Assembly (NCBI GenBank): GCA_009103225.1 | Contig: RHPI01002998.1 | Span: 161,525 to 176,949 of the forward strand | Length of the DNA: 15,425 bases | Direction: 5' to 3' | From: Chlorokybus atmophyticus | Lineage: Eukaryota > Plantae > Mesostigma and Chlorokybus algae | Program-made: the position numbers and the translations under genes | In this document: piece after piece, positions 1-10,400 of the stretch | How positions within the stretch are numbered: position 1 is the stretch's first letter | Layout of the letters: each line of letters opens with the position of its first letter | Notes under the pieces: generated by a model | The model's input: the letters and a program-made list of their open reading frames with translations, nothing else | Told to the model about the DNA's origin: nothing | Databases searched by the model: none

Positions 1-76
<76 letters not shown>
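1..76. repeat. Poly-G homopolymer (at least 76 nt, runs off the window edge)
   Basis: Positions 1-76 are all G. It may be a real homopolymer or a sequencing/assembly artefact. Confidence 0.9.
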
Positions 77-78
<2 letters not shown>

Positions 79-207
79 TATGTCGATGGTGTTGGTTGGG
101 TATGACAGACGGTGACGGTGGTTTGATCTTAGTGGTGTGCATGTGCATGCGTGAGTGGAGAGACACTTTGCTACTGGTTGTGTTCACTTCAGCGTCTGTT
201 GTATAGC

Positions 208-810
208 ATGCAGCCAAGCTGCTTGGTTCTTGTGAGCCCTGACCTGCTGCAAGTAATCCTCCAATCAGTCAGTTGCAAAGACCGCGCGCGCGCCAGCTGT
301 GTCAACAAGGCATGGAAGCAGGCTGCTACTGAGGCTGAAGACAGATATTACCTTGCCAACTGGCCAACATTGGCGGGTGCGGTGAAGGCGCATGTGCAAC
401 TGTGTCACAAGCAGATACAGACCCACCGTGAAGATGAGTGCATCTGCTTTGCACGGTACCCCGGTGGCGAATTGGCCGAGCCGGTGTCAACACTTGAACC
501 AAGCAACAGTTTTCTAACACCTGTGGATGGGCGTGGTATCAAGCTCAACGTGAACAACCGGCTGCATGTGTATGGCCCGGCAAACAAGGAGACTGTGCAG
601 TCTTTCTGTTTCGATGTTAAAATAGATATGTTCTTCGTAAGGCGTGCGGATGGAGAGTTGGTGCACATGCGCCCGCGCCGCTACTGGTTGGCTCAGCTGG
701 AGAGAGATGGCAACGTTATCGCCAGAGGCATTCTGAACTTGGTTACTGAGAGAACATCGGCATGTCCATGGTCGGCATTGGTTGGATGGTCTTTGGCTTT
801 GAGCCTGTGA
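208..810 (+). CDS. F-box domain protein (3' end uncertain; may continue via frameshift or splice into the 762-986 frame)
   Basis: ATG at 208. The N-terminus MQPSCLVLVSPDLLQVILQSVSCKDRARASCVNKAWKQAA fits the F-box pattern L..(L)P.DLL..IL..L...D..R...V.K.W. The rest has no domain I recognise. The overlapping frame 762-986 (GWMVFGFEPVK...GEESEEEKRGFALKHAVW) looks coding, and a GT(742)..AG(822) 81-nt intron is an alternative. Confidence 0.7.
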   Translation: MQPSCLVLVSPDLLQVILQSVSCKDRARASCVNKAWKQAATEAEDRYYLANWPTLAGAVKAHVQLCHKQIQTHREDECICFARYPGGELAEPVSTLEPSNSFLTPVDGRGIKLNVNNRLHVYGPANKETVQSFCFDVKIDMFFVRRADGELVHMRPRRYWLAQLERDGNVIARGILNLVTERTSACPWSALVGWSLALSL

Positions 811-1706
811 AAGTATGCACAGCTGGAGAAGAAAGTGAGGAAGAAAAGCGAGGTTTTGCCCTCAAACATGCAGTCTGGCAACCTCCACCGCAGGTGACAA
901 CCCTGCTTGCAATAGAGCAACTGTTCATGTTAACCAAGGATCGCAAGGATAAGCCCAACTTTATCCAATTCTATGGTTGGTCATGAAATGTATCGCGGCA
1001 GGAACATTAACTCGTGACAGGTCGGTCTTGACACTGCTGTAAGCCATAATGTATAGTAATGCATGACGCTGCAGTGTGAAATGACCTTGGGTTGGGTTGA
1101 CCGAGCATGCAAGAGTGCACACATGTGACTGACAGCACAGCCTTTCCTGAATTGGCTGAGCTTGTTCACCTGTGCATGTGGTGCCGTTCTGCATGTATTC
1201 CACAGCCGGCAATGGCTGTGGAATACACGGACTGCTGAATTCTGTGACTTGATTTAATCCAATCTTGGTTGCATTCATTGTGCCACGTGCATGCTGCCTT
1301 TGCAAGCTAGTGCCATACACATCTGTACATAGGCTTCCCAGTACTATGTACATGCAGTGTACGAAAGTATGTTGCCGGTATGTGCTGTGCTAAGCGCACT
1401 GCAAATGCCAAGTAGCTGCCAGGTTGATGGCAAAAAGAACGTATTGTTCTGAACAGCTACTGGTTTTGAAACTTAGACAGACAATGTCCTTGGACACTGC
1501 ACATGGTACAATGGAGGGGTGACTCTCATGACAGACAAGCAAAGTCAGGTCACCATGTGACGCAAATGCCACTATTGTGCATTCTCTGTCTCTGCTATTT
1601 AGGTCTACCTAGGTCTCATTACATCAGAACATGTGCGCGCTCCACAACAAATATGTATACAACACGCTCGCATACTAGGACCGTGAATGGCGCACACCTG
1701 CCGTGG

Positions 1707-3232
1707 TCACGACATGCGGCTTGTAGGGGCTCTGTGCGTGCGGTTGGCCTTGATGTTGAAGCAGTAGCAGTTTTTCCTGTGTATGCAGTGCCAGCAAGCT
1801 CCGTCCGGACTCTGCTGATAAGTGCCTTCCCCAAGCTGCTTGAGGAATTTTTGGAACGGAAGCCGCACGACAGCCTCCACGCAAGCCTTGCAGAACCACT
1901 TCCTTGTGGGCGGCCGCGTGCTATCAGGGCCCTGAAGTTGACAACAATCAGACATATGGTGCTTTCTTGGACGAGATGCGTGTCATGACACAAACAAGAA
2001 TACCCACCTTGTTCCATGCTGAACATTGCTCTGTGGCGCATACGATGAAACCTCCCTTTCCAGTAAGGTGCCGATTGAACTCAGTAAGTTGGTCTGGTGA
2101 TGCAAACATGGGAACGTTGCAGAAGTGACAGTTCTTTGCCAGGCTTGTTTTGAGTCGCTCAAAGGTATCCCTATCGTACTGGAAGGTTGCTCGCGCTTGC
2201 ACCTGACGAGACAACATTGTTCTTTATCACCATCAAGCGTGGAAACAATGCACTCTGTTGTGCTCTCAAGTTCCTGGATGTTGGCAGCAGCTGTTAAAGC
2301 CGCATTGGTTGCACTGGCTCCACACATACAGTCACCACCCGGCCTACCTGCATGGCTATCCTTCTTCGCTCACGGGGGGTCGGGGCTGTCCACCCAGCAG
2401 GAATCTCAACATCATGAAACTCAAGTTCGCAACTCTTACTTTCCAATCCTGAGTCATGGGCCGGATCACCTGCCATCTCGGCCCATCGTGGCACATCTGG
2501 CACATGGCAGTGTCAGTTGCACGGAACACCCATAACAAGCAGGGGAGGAACAACGCTCCATGGCAGCCCTTCTCACCATTGGACGGGTACGATACTGACA
2601 CTGGCATGGGGTTGTAAAACTGATGCTGCCCAGCCTGGCAAGCATGACACTGTGAGCTGCTTGCTGGCATCAAGCTTGCTGTAGGACAGTAATATGACGC
2701 ACCTGGCCGTCTCTAGTTGGTATAGCTGGCAGGGCTCCATGCATATGACCTGCCATGCAACAAGCATTATTGTGTGACATGCATGTCGATCCAGTGAAAG
2801 TCTACTACCACACGGCACGCGAGCTGATGCCCTCACCTTCAAGCTTTGGCCTTTTGGCACCGTAGGCATGAAAGTTCCGATGACAACCGCATGCGATACA
2901 TCGGACCGCCCCCTGACCCTCCGACGACTCTGGATCAAACTTTTGGCAGCCATCCATGGTCACCGCCCCACCTGCAGGTAACAACTTATGAATTGATGAC
3001 AGCATGCAAGCTGACAGCTCTCACACAAGCACTGCTGCTAAGAAAGCATACCTGGTAGCACGATAGCGCGCTGACAGGCACCAAAGACGTTGGCACCAGG
3101 CTTGAGCTTCTTTTTCTTCTCCCGCAGTACTGACGGAGGCTTGGGAGGTGCCTCGGCAAGCGCCATGGCATCTGACTCACCAACCACCTCCTGTATTGTG
3201 GACGCAAGCTTGTCATGGTCCTCTTCTGCCAT
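1707..3232 (-). CDS. 7-exon protein (~329 aa): N-terminal ZF-HD dimerisation-type zinc finger plus C-terminal PHD/CW-like Cys-rich finger, no homeodomain
   Basis: Exons 3232-3052, 2971-2837, 2749-2703, 2634-2577, 2496-2348, 2202-2008 and 1931-1707 sum to 990 nt. All six introns are GT..CAG (80, 87, 68, 80, 145, 76 nt) with matching phases. The spliced product contains [49 protein letters not shown] (ZF-HD signature DGC.EF...[10 protein letters not shown]) and CHFC...[31 protein letters not shown]. The start codon may lie further upstream. Confidence 0.8.
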
Positions 3233-4303
3233 GCCAGAAGCGACTGAACTCCACTGTATGCTTCCTGCCTGGCCGACTCAACAGTCAGGGTCCTCCTTTG
3301 CAAACAGCAGACTACACGAGCTCTACAACACCCACACATGTAATGGCTTAAAGATAAAGCATTTGTTCACTGGTTGATTGCCTGCATAGCGATGAGAGCC
3401 AGTAAACCATCTCTCAGTGACACACCAAGAAAATGATGTGCTATCCGCGCATGGCAACTATGCAGCAGTGTTTGGCATGATGGTTTGACAAGAAGTGGCT
3501 ACTGTTCTAGGTTTGCAATTCACTAACAAAACCGCTTGATACACAAGGCAACTACACTGCAACATGCGATCGACAGCAGACCGGATGCACACGTCTGCAG
3601 TCATCATCCAACATGCAAAAGCACTACTGTAAGAAGAGTAACCAGGCAAGAGTGGTGCATTCAGGGGAATGGGGCGTACTGACCAACTCGTGGACTGAGA
3701 CTAATAGACGTCTCGCTTACGTATTGCAACAAGAGTGACACGCGTGTTGCATCACAACACTGGCAAGCGAGGTAGGCTTTCAGAGAACACAAGAGAACAA
3801 AGCGCAGAAGTTGAGGCAAAATCAACTGTTGCAGTTGTTTAGCTACAGCTGCTACCAGCACCTGTTGCTCAGGGAGTAGCGGGCATGAGCCCGCCGAGAC
3901 TAGTCAGCTTGTTGACCAGCGACAAGACGAGCCTCCAACAGGCTAGCCAAACACTACACCACACGCTAAAGACGTTCCATCCAGGTAGCTTACAGCTGCT
4001 GTCACTGAAACTAGCTAGCGCCAATGCAGCTGAAGTTTACACCAACGGCAGCTTGATTGCCAGCTTCACAGCAACCTTTTCCATAGCAAATTCTAGACAC
4101 TGGAGAGCAAGGAACAAAGGCTCGCCTCAATAATCACCAGGCGCTCTTCAATAAGCTACGCAAGCATGTAATAACTGGTATTTTTCTGCGTATTTCTCTC
4201 CACCTCCTCCTGCTTGTCCACACCGCCGCCCGACCCAGGCGGGAGTAAGGCGATATCAACCGTCTATTTTGATAACCTTTTGCCAAGCGTGCTGATTTCA
4301 GGC

Positions 4304-4583
4304 AAACCCTAGATGACAAACCCTGCGTTGTCACAACGTTACACTAACGCAGTGCTTGGTAGTTGTCTTCGACGTGCGTCGCCTACCTTTTCATTACGTG
4401 CGTCTCTGATGCACGTTTCAACTTGAAGCCGAAATCGGTTGCGCAGCGCTAACTATGCAAACGGTTGAGATTATCGGCACCGCAAGCCTGCGCAGCTGGC
4501 GGCGCGGCGGATATCCGGGCGATTCGCTGTAAGATGGTTAGAAAATGGGGTTCTTCAACCGCGGTTTCTCCGCCAAATGGGCC
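4304..4583. promoter_or_regulatory. Putative promoter region with telo-box, E2F-like and site II motifs
   Basis: AAACCCTA at 4304-4311 and AAACCCT at 4318-4324. CCGCCAAA (TTTGGCGG on the - strand) at 4570-4577 is followed directly by TGGGCC at 4578-4583. The stretch is CpG-rich and non-coding, ~1 kb upstream of the ZF-HD gene. Short motifs can occur by chance. Confidence 0.35.
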
Positions 4584-6050
4584 ACAAAGGTTACTGACAG
4601 GTTGCAGATCTGATCAAAGTAGCAGTTGATTAACTCTGTCACACGGTTACGGTGAGCGCTAAAGGTGGGTGCTGACTGGGTTGCGGTGGATATGAAATCC
4701 ACCATCCGACGGATGTTGACGCAGCAACTCGCGTGCGAGAGCTTGGCCGCCGTTGGATTCTGTATTTCACTCGCGCGCCAACACTGCCTGCCTCGCAAGT
4801 TTCTCCAGCCTTATCGTTATCGCCGCTCTGCTCAGCTGCCACCAACGATATCAGGCTTGTTGTCGTCCACAGGCCTGGCACATATAATGGGAACGCTCCC
4901 CCCATGTCACCGTTAAATCCAATGTTAGCGGTGATGGCTCTATGCATGTATGGAGCCAATGTGGCTGTTTAGTGCTTGACATCTCAAAAAGTGGCTCTGA
5001 TCGCCAAATTATTTACCCCCCCTCGCCCTCAACAAAGGCTGCTTGCTTGATACAGTAATATCTTAAGTAAAAATGTATGTGATTGTTAACTGTAAAGTAA
5101 ATTAATCAAATACACGTAAACATAATGAAACACATCCCGCTTGTTGCTCCTGCCTACCGCAAATAATTTAAAGCCATCACAAAGCCAATACACATTACTT
5201 GGCAGACACACCGCCACGAGCTTGATGTCGTAGGATGGATGGGCATGTCGTGTATGAAAAAGTCATTAATATAAAACAAAAAAAATCTGCTCGTAAGGTG
5301 GAGGTACAATTACCTGTTATACTTCAAAAGTGGTAGCGTACTGAACTTGAAGAACACAAAGCAAGGTGCGAAAAACCTGTGTGCAGTAATAACACGACAA
5401 ATGGCATATCCATGATGGCTGTAGCGTTTACAGCGATGCGAACCTTGAGCCAAGCGCTACGCATATTATCACGGCGTGACAGGCTGTCGTCGCAAATTTT
5501 ACACGGTGACTGACTAAGGACTGAGGGACTGACTGGTGCCTAAGCCTGTCTGAGCCTGCCTGTTGCTGCCTGAAATATTACTTTTGGACTGTTGGGTTTG
5601 CCGTTGGCTTAAGTGGACTGACGCAGACGGCCGCGGGCCGAAAGTGGTTGTCAGTGGCACTAACCGGCCGAGAGTTGTCAACCAGTTACCCTTTGGTCGA
5701 TGTGCACAGACGGCCGTTAACCGGTAGTTACGGACAGCTGACAGCCATAGCCGGCAGTTTCTTTGCCGTTACACTGCTGTTAATATGTGACCCTTGCCAT
5801 TTGACAAAAGTTGGCAATTCATGCCGTAAGCCAACACTAACATGCCATGCAGCTTGTACAAACCTTGGACTGATTGTTTGATCTTGCACCTAAAAGCCCA
5901 CAATATATACAATGTACAGGCAGTGGTGAGAGTATGTCCACTCACAACTGAGCAGCCGACTTGCGCATGAAACTATCCTATAACATTGAGTCTAGCTGTC
6001 GGACTCATGCGCAGCTTGTCAACCCGTGGTGCCTGCCTAAGAACTCCTCC

Positions 6051-6786
6051 TCAAACCCCCTCCTCCTGTTCCTCCTCCGACGAGTCTTCTGCTTCAACGC
6101 CGGAGTCATCTTCATCCGCTGCCTCGCTCGCTGACAGTACAGCGGCTACTTCGTCCTTCAGCTTGAATGTCAGCGCCTCGCCGTGCACGCGCATGCGCTT
6201 GATGGTCGCTTTGAGAGTGACCACCTGCATTTGGTAATGCTGTAAGAGTGGCGTGCTGCCAGAGGACTAGCCCATCAGCATACACACGCTTACCTCGTCT
6301 TCCGCTTTGTTGCACTCCGCCAGGCAGACAGTCAGCCTGCCGCGCTGCTCTTGGTTCACTCTGACCAACATGGCAATCTGCAAGCATACTGCTTAATTAC
6401 CGCTGGAAACATTAAACTAGGTCATAGATTACCCGTTCGTTTGACTCCGCAGCTTCTCTTTTGCGACTTGTGAGCTCCCGCAAGTAGAAATAGGCTGTGC
6501 ATTTGCGAGATTGGTCATGCTGTTCATGTGCATGACACTGGAGGTTGTGCATGAGGGTGTGCATGTCGTATTGACAATGTATGTCAAGTGCAAGATACTT
6601 GAGGCTGTGCATGTGCAAGATAAAAGAACCCTAGCATGTGGCATTGACAGTGCATCGTAACCCACCTTGGTTATGCCAGTCTTGTTTGGTCCCTTCAATC
6701 ATGTCGCCGTGGTCGCAGCTGCTGGTGGGTCGGATTTTCTTAGAGGCAGTATTGTGGTGTGCCTTTGCCCACTCGGATGGGGAGCC
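6051..6786 (-). CDS. 3' four exons of an uncharacterised protein with a predicted helical region and acidic C-terminal tail; 5' exons unresolved (probably to ~7090)
   Basis: Exons 6786-6666, 6494-6433, 6377-6294 and 6239-6051, with GT..CAG introns of 171, 55 and 54 nt and consistent phases. Translation: GSPSEWAKAH...KQDWHNQ-AYFYLRELTSRKREAAESNER-IAMLVRVNQEQRGRLTVCLAECNKAEDE-HYQMQVVTLKATIKRMRVHGEALTFKLKDEVAAVLSASEAADEDDSGVEAEDSSEEEQEEGV*. Confidence 0.7.
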
Positions 6787-7092
6787 CTGTAAGATATTGC
6801 CCGAGTCACTATTGTCATTGGATATGCCCTTGGTAGTCTTGATGGGGTTTGACACCGAGGACACCCCTCCGGCACCCTGCCCGCCCTGTGCGAACATGAA
6901 ATTCATCCCGGACCTCGACCACAATGCCCACTACGCCCCTGGCAGCGCCGCCAACGATCTTCCAAACGCCACATACCCTCGGCATCACGCCCCTGTAAGG
7001 GCATAGCTTGGCGGAGCTATCAATGGTGTTTTCATGCGCAGGGGGACTGACATTGCCAGAGTTGTCAATGGTACGAACTGCCATTGCCATTG

Positions 7093-7124
7093 TACAAAGG
7101 TACCATTTCAATGGTACCTTTGTA
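7093..7124. repeat. Perfect 15-bp inverted repeat with a 2-nt loop
   Basis: TACAAAGGTACCATT (7093-7107), TC, AATGGTACCTTTGTA (7110-7124). Confidence 0.9.
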
Positions 7125-7181
7125 TAATGCCTATACCTTGGGGCAAAGGCATCTTCGTACCATTGAAACGGTTCAATCAGA

Positions 7182-7205
7182 ATATATATGTATATATATA
7201 TATAT
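7182..7205. repeat. (TA)n microsatellite / TATA-like run
   Basis: atatatatgtatatatatatatat, lying between the two GTAC palindromes upstream of the transposase. Confidence 0.8.
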
Positions 7206-7236
7206 CCAGACTCACCCTGGACGTTCAATGGCTCGA

Positions 7237-7258
7237 TCGTACCATTATAATGGTACGA
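7237..7258. repeat. Perfect 22-bp palindrome
   Basis: TCGTACCATTA|TAATGGTACGA. Confidence 0.9.
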
Positions 7259-7282
7259 CGGAGCCAGTGACTGGCGGCCAAG

Positions 7283-7290
7283 TTTCCCGC
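7283..7290 (+). promoter_or_regulatory. Canonical E2F-type site TTTCCCGC upstream of the transposase
   Basis: Exact match to the E2F consensus ~130 nt upstream of the ATG at 7419. Function is not shown. Confidence 0.35.
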
Positions 7291-7304
7291 CTCTGGCATG
7301 CAAG

Positions 7305-7351
7305 GGTAGCGGTAGCGGTGGCGGTGGCGGTGGCGGCGGCGGCGGCGGCGG
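7305..7351 (+). repeat. GC-rich (GGTAGC/GGTGGC/GGC)n simple repeat in the transposase leader
   Basis: ggtagcggtagcggtggcggtggcggtggcggcggcggcggcggcgg. Confidence 0.75.
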
Positions 7352-7418
7352 GTGTGCGTGTTGCTGGATATGATGCAGGTTACATTGGCGACACCTGTGT
7401 CGACGTTAGTAGTGAGAT

Positions 7419-10400
7419 ATGGGAGTCCTTTGTCCGTATTGCCACATGCGCTTCGCCACACGCAGCTCGGTCTACATGCACATTATTAGCAGCAGGGTGT
7501 GCAAGCAGATCAAGCTGTATGTCGGCCAGCGTCCATTACAGTACGATGCGGGTCATGTTGAACCGGGGAGTTCGATCCAGGATGCTCACATGCTTGATGC
7601 TGAAGGATTCCTCCAGGAGACACACGCACAGCAGCAACAGGAGGAGGAGGAAGTGAACGAGGGCTTTCGATGTGTGCGTGTGCCTGAGAAACCTGTGGCA
7701 CGCCAACATGGAAGTGGAGGCGTCCCTTCGCACGCGTCGGAATCCAGGTGGTATGGCTCGGAGCATGCTCTTGCAGTGGCATTCGTGCAGTGCAACAACG
7801 GCCAAGGCCTGTCGGCCTCCGACATGGGGCGGATCATCAAGTGCATCCGAAATGCACACTTCCTGACGGAAGAGCTCCAGTGGGAGACCGGTGTGCATGC
7901 GGCCAGCTACCTCCGGACCACGATTGCTTTCTCTCAGTCTGAGGTGTGTTCACGGTGTGCGGTGCATGTGCTTCAACCATCAGAGCCATGTCACATATGC
8001 ACATGCGAGTGTGCTGCCGTATCAGAACTACGTGACGGCTGACCTGCGCAAGCCTGGAGACCCTGAGGATCAGGACATCTGCGTCACATATATGCCGGCC
8101 AAGGTCTGTGAAATGCAGTACCTAATGCAGTATCGATGCAGTATCTATTCTGAGGCCAGCATAGTAAGTAATGCTCTTGGTCGGAGCAGGTATGGCTCGC
8201 GCGGTTGTATGGCAATCCACATGCCGCCAATGGCTTCAATCTCCAGTACACTGGTGACGAGCACAGCTTTGGCCATCCTTCCACGGGCGATTGGTGGAAG
8301 GATGTGGAGGTGGATTTGAGGAGAGAGGTGGGGGAAGCGTCCTACTTGGCGCCTGCCATTCTGTACAGTGACAAGACCACGCTGGACAGCGCGGGCAAGC
8401 GCTCTGGCTACCCTCTGATGGCATCGCTTGCCAACTACAGTTGGGACATGTATGCTAGCAACATGGGGGTTGTTATGATAGCGCTTCTGCCGGTGGTTCA
8501 CGCAGTGGCCGGGCATCCCACCTGGGCGCAGGGCAAGGAATCGTTCTCCATTCGGAAACGTGAGATTTTTCATGACGCTTTGAATGTAGTGTTAGGGGAT
8601 GTGAAGCGGGCGAGTTGGGAAGGTCTGCAGCTCATCGACCCGAATGGCATCGAGCGTCGTGTGTTTCCCGCGCTTGCCAACTACATCAGCGATTTGCAGG
8701 TAGTGGGCATGAATGGTTGTAACCGGATGCAGCCCGCCAGCAAACAGTGCATGGAGGATGTTGTCAGTAGAACATCTGAGTTTGTCGTGTTGTAGGAGAC
8801 TGCCACACTCGCACGCACTGTGTCGGGCAACCAAACACGACATCCTTGCGATGTTTGTCTCGTCACCAAATCAGATCTGTTGGAGATGGATGAGGACCGG
8901 GAATTGAGAACCGAGGCCTTCTACACACCAGCAATACGTCAGCTGCGGGCGGACCTGCATAGCGGTGTTAGGAATGCACGCCAGACAGCCAAGGCTTTCA
9001 AAGAGCAGCACTCCATGCATGTCGAGGAGGTAATGGTCAAATTACCGGCATTCGTGAGGATGAATGGCTTTCCGTGAAACCAGGCAATGTGGTTTGGCAA
9101 CAGAATGCACTGTGGGGTTGGCGACAGTCGCGGGTGCCGGGAGCTGACTGCTACTCTCGTCTTGCCCCTGACGCAATGCATGTGCTGGGAGGCATCATTG
9201 ACCACCTGCTTGCTGCTGTGTACGACGCCGCGAAGGAACGAATGCGTCCATCCACGAGACAGATTCTGCAGGCCAGGCACGTCTTTGGTGTTGCTTTTGT
9301 GTTGAACACAAAAGCCAACAACACGTGCTCACGAGCAGATGTGCACAGGCTGAATGCATGCAAGGCGACTCTGCGGGTTTCGCACTTCAAGGCACCCACA
9401 AGCACAGTAGATTTCTTCCTGTCCGACCACTCCTTTCAGGTGGTGGAGAAAGTGGCGGTGCTGCAGCTGCTGCCGGTCCTCGCAGACGGTTTGCTGCTCG
9501 ACAGTGAGGGCAACGATTTCTTCACCATTGCTGCCGCATCGCTTGCCCAGTGGAACAAGAAGTTGCTGAAGGCGCATGAACACACAAGAGAGACCCTGAC
9601 CACAGCCGACAACGAGCTGGCTGCCTTCAAAGCTGCAGTGTTGCATCCGCTACTGTCGTCATATTCTGCACAGAAGTCAGGTTGGAAGATCGAGAAGATG
9701 CATCAGCTCACTCATTTTGGGCCGGCAATTGTCAGCAGTGGACACCCAGATTGGTTCAGCGCCAACCGCATGGAGCAGACGCACGCCCAAAATATCAAAC
9801 GGTGGGCGCGTGGTGGCAACAACCGGGACTACCATGCACGTATCCTGAAGGCATGGAGCTGTGCGGAATATGTGAGAGAGGATGGCATGGTCGTGGATCC
9901 CGAGATGCGCTCGGTCATGGCGCAGGCGCGGCAGCAGTGCTGTAATGTCATGGAGAAGACGGACAAGTTGCTACGGATGGATGTGCTGACAAGGAGGGAG
10001 TCCAGCCCGTACTGGAGCGGATCTGCGCGTAGCCGCCAAGTCGCCTTGAAGACTCCATTTGCCGACAAGCTGCCTGCCACCCTGGACAGCTGGTTGAGGA
10101 GGGAACAACTGGAGTTGGCCGACGGGTGGCGTGCTGTTCGCGTGGTGAACGGAGGCGCAGCGGTGTACATGACATCAGGAGTCAGCATGGCGCGCGCAAC
10201 TGGGATGTTCCATGGGCGGCCTTGGTTCTCTACACTTGAGTTGGAAGGTGATGAGGACGGTGTGAACGTGACGTGGTGGGCTCAGGCACTCCTTTTTCTG
10301 CGCGTGGTGGTGTGGGGTGGTAGCGGCGAGCGCGTGTGGAAGGAGGTCGTGTTTGTCCGCTGGTACACGAAGCTGGATGTGACGAGCGACACAAAGTGCA

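Noticed and set aside
961-1572. Short minus ORFs and a loose GTAC cluster at ~1325-1361
   Set aside because: There are no domains or consistent splice phases, so this is probably the 3' UTRs of the convergent genes. The GTACs mostly lack the AATGG context or palindromes of the other clusters.
1503-1988. 161-aa plus-strand ORF
   Set aside because: It is antisense to the last exons of the ZF-HD/PHD gene and has no recognisable motif.
1983-2327. 114-aa minus ORF as an alternative exon (acceptor at 2274)
   Set aside because: The frame lacks the Cys pattern and ends early. The 2202-2008 exon keeps phase and builds the finger.
2125-2535. 136-aa plus ORF
   Set aside because: It is an antisense shadow of spliced coding exons.
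3400-5900. Numerous 60-106-aa ORFs
   Set aside because: They have no motifs or coherent exon chain. The region reads as UTR, intron and promoter sequence.
7084-7656. 190-aa plus ORF with VAVAVAAAAA
   Set aside because: It is a by-product of the TA run and the GGC repeat. The Zn-finger frame starting at 7419 is the coding one.
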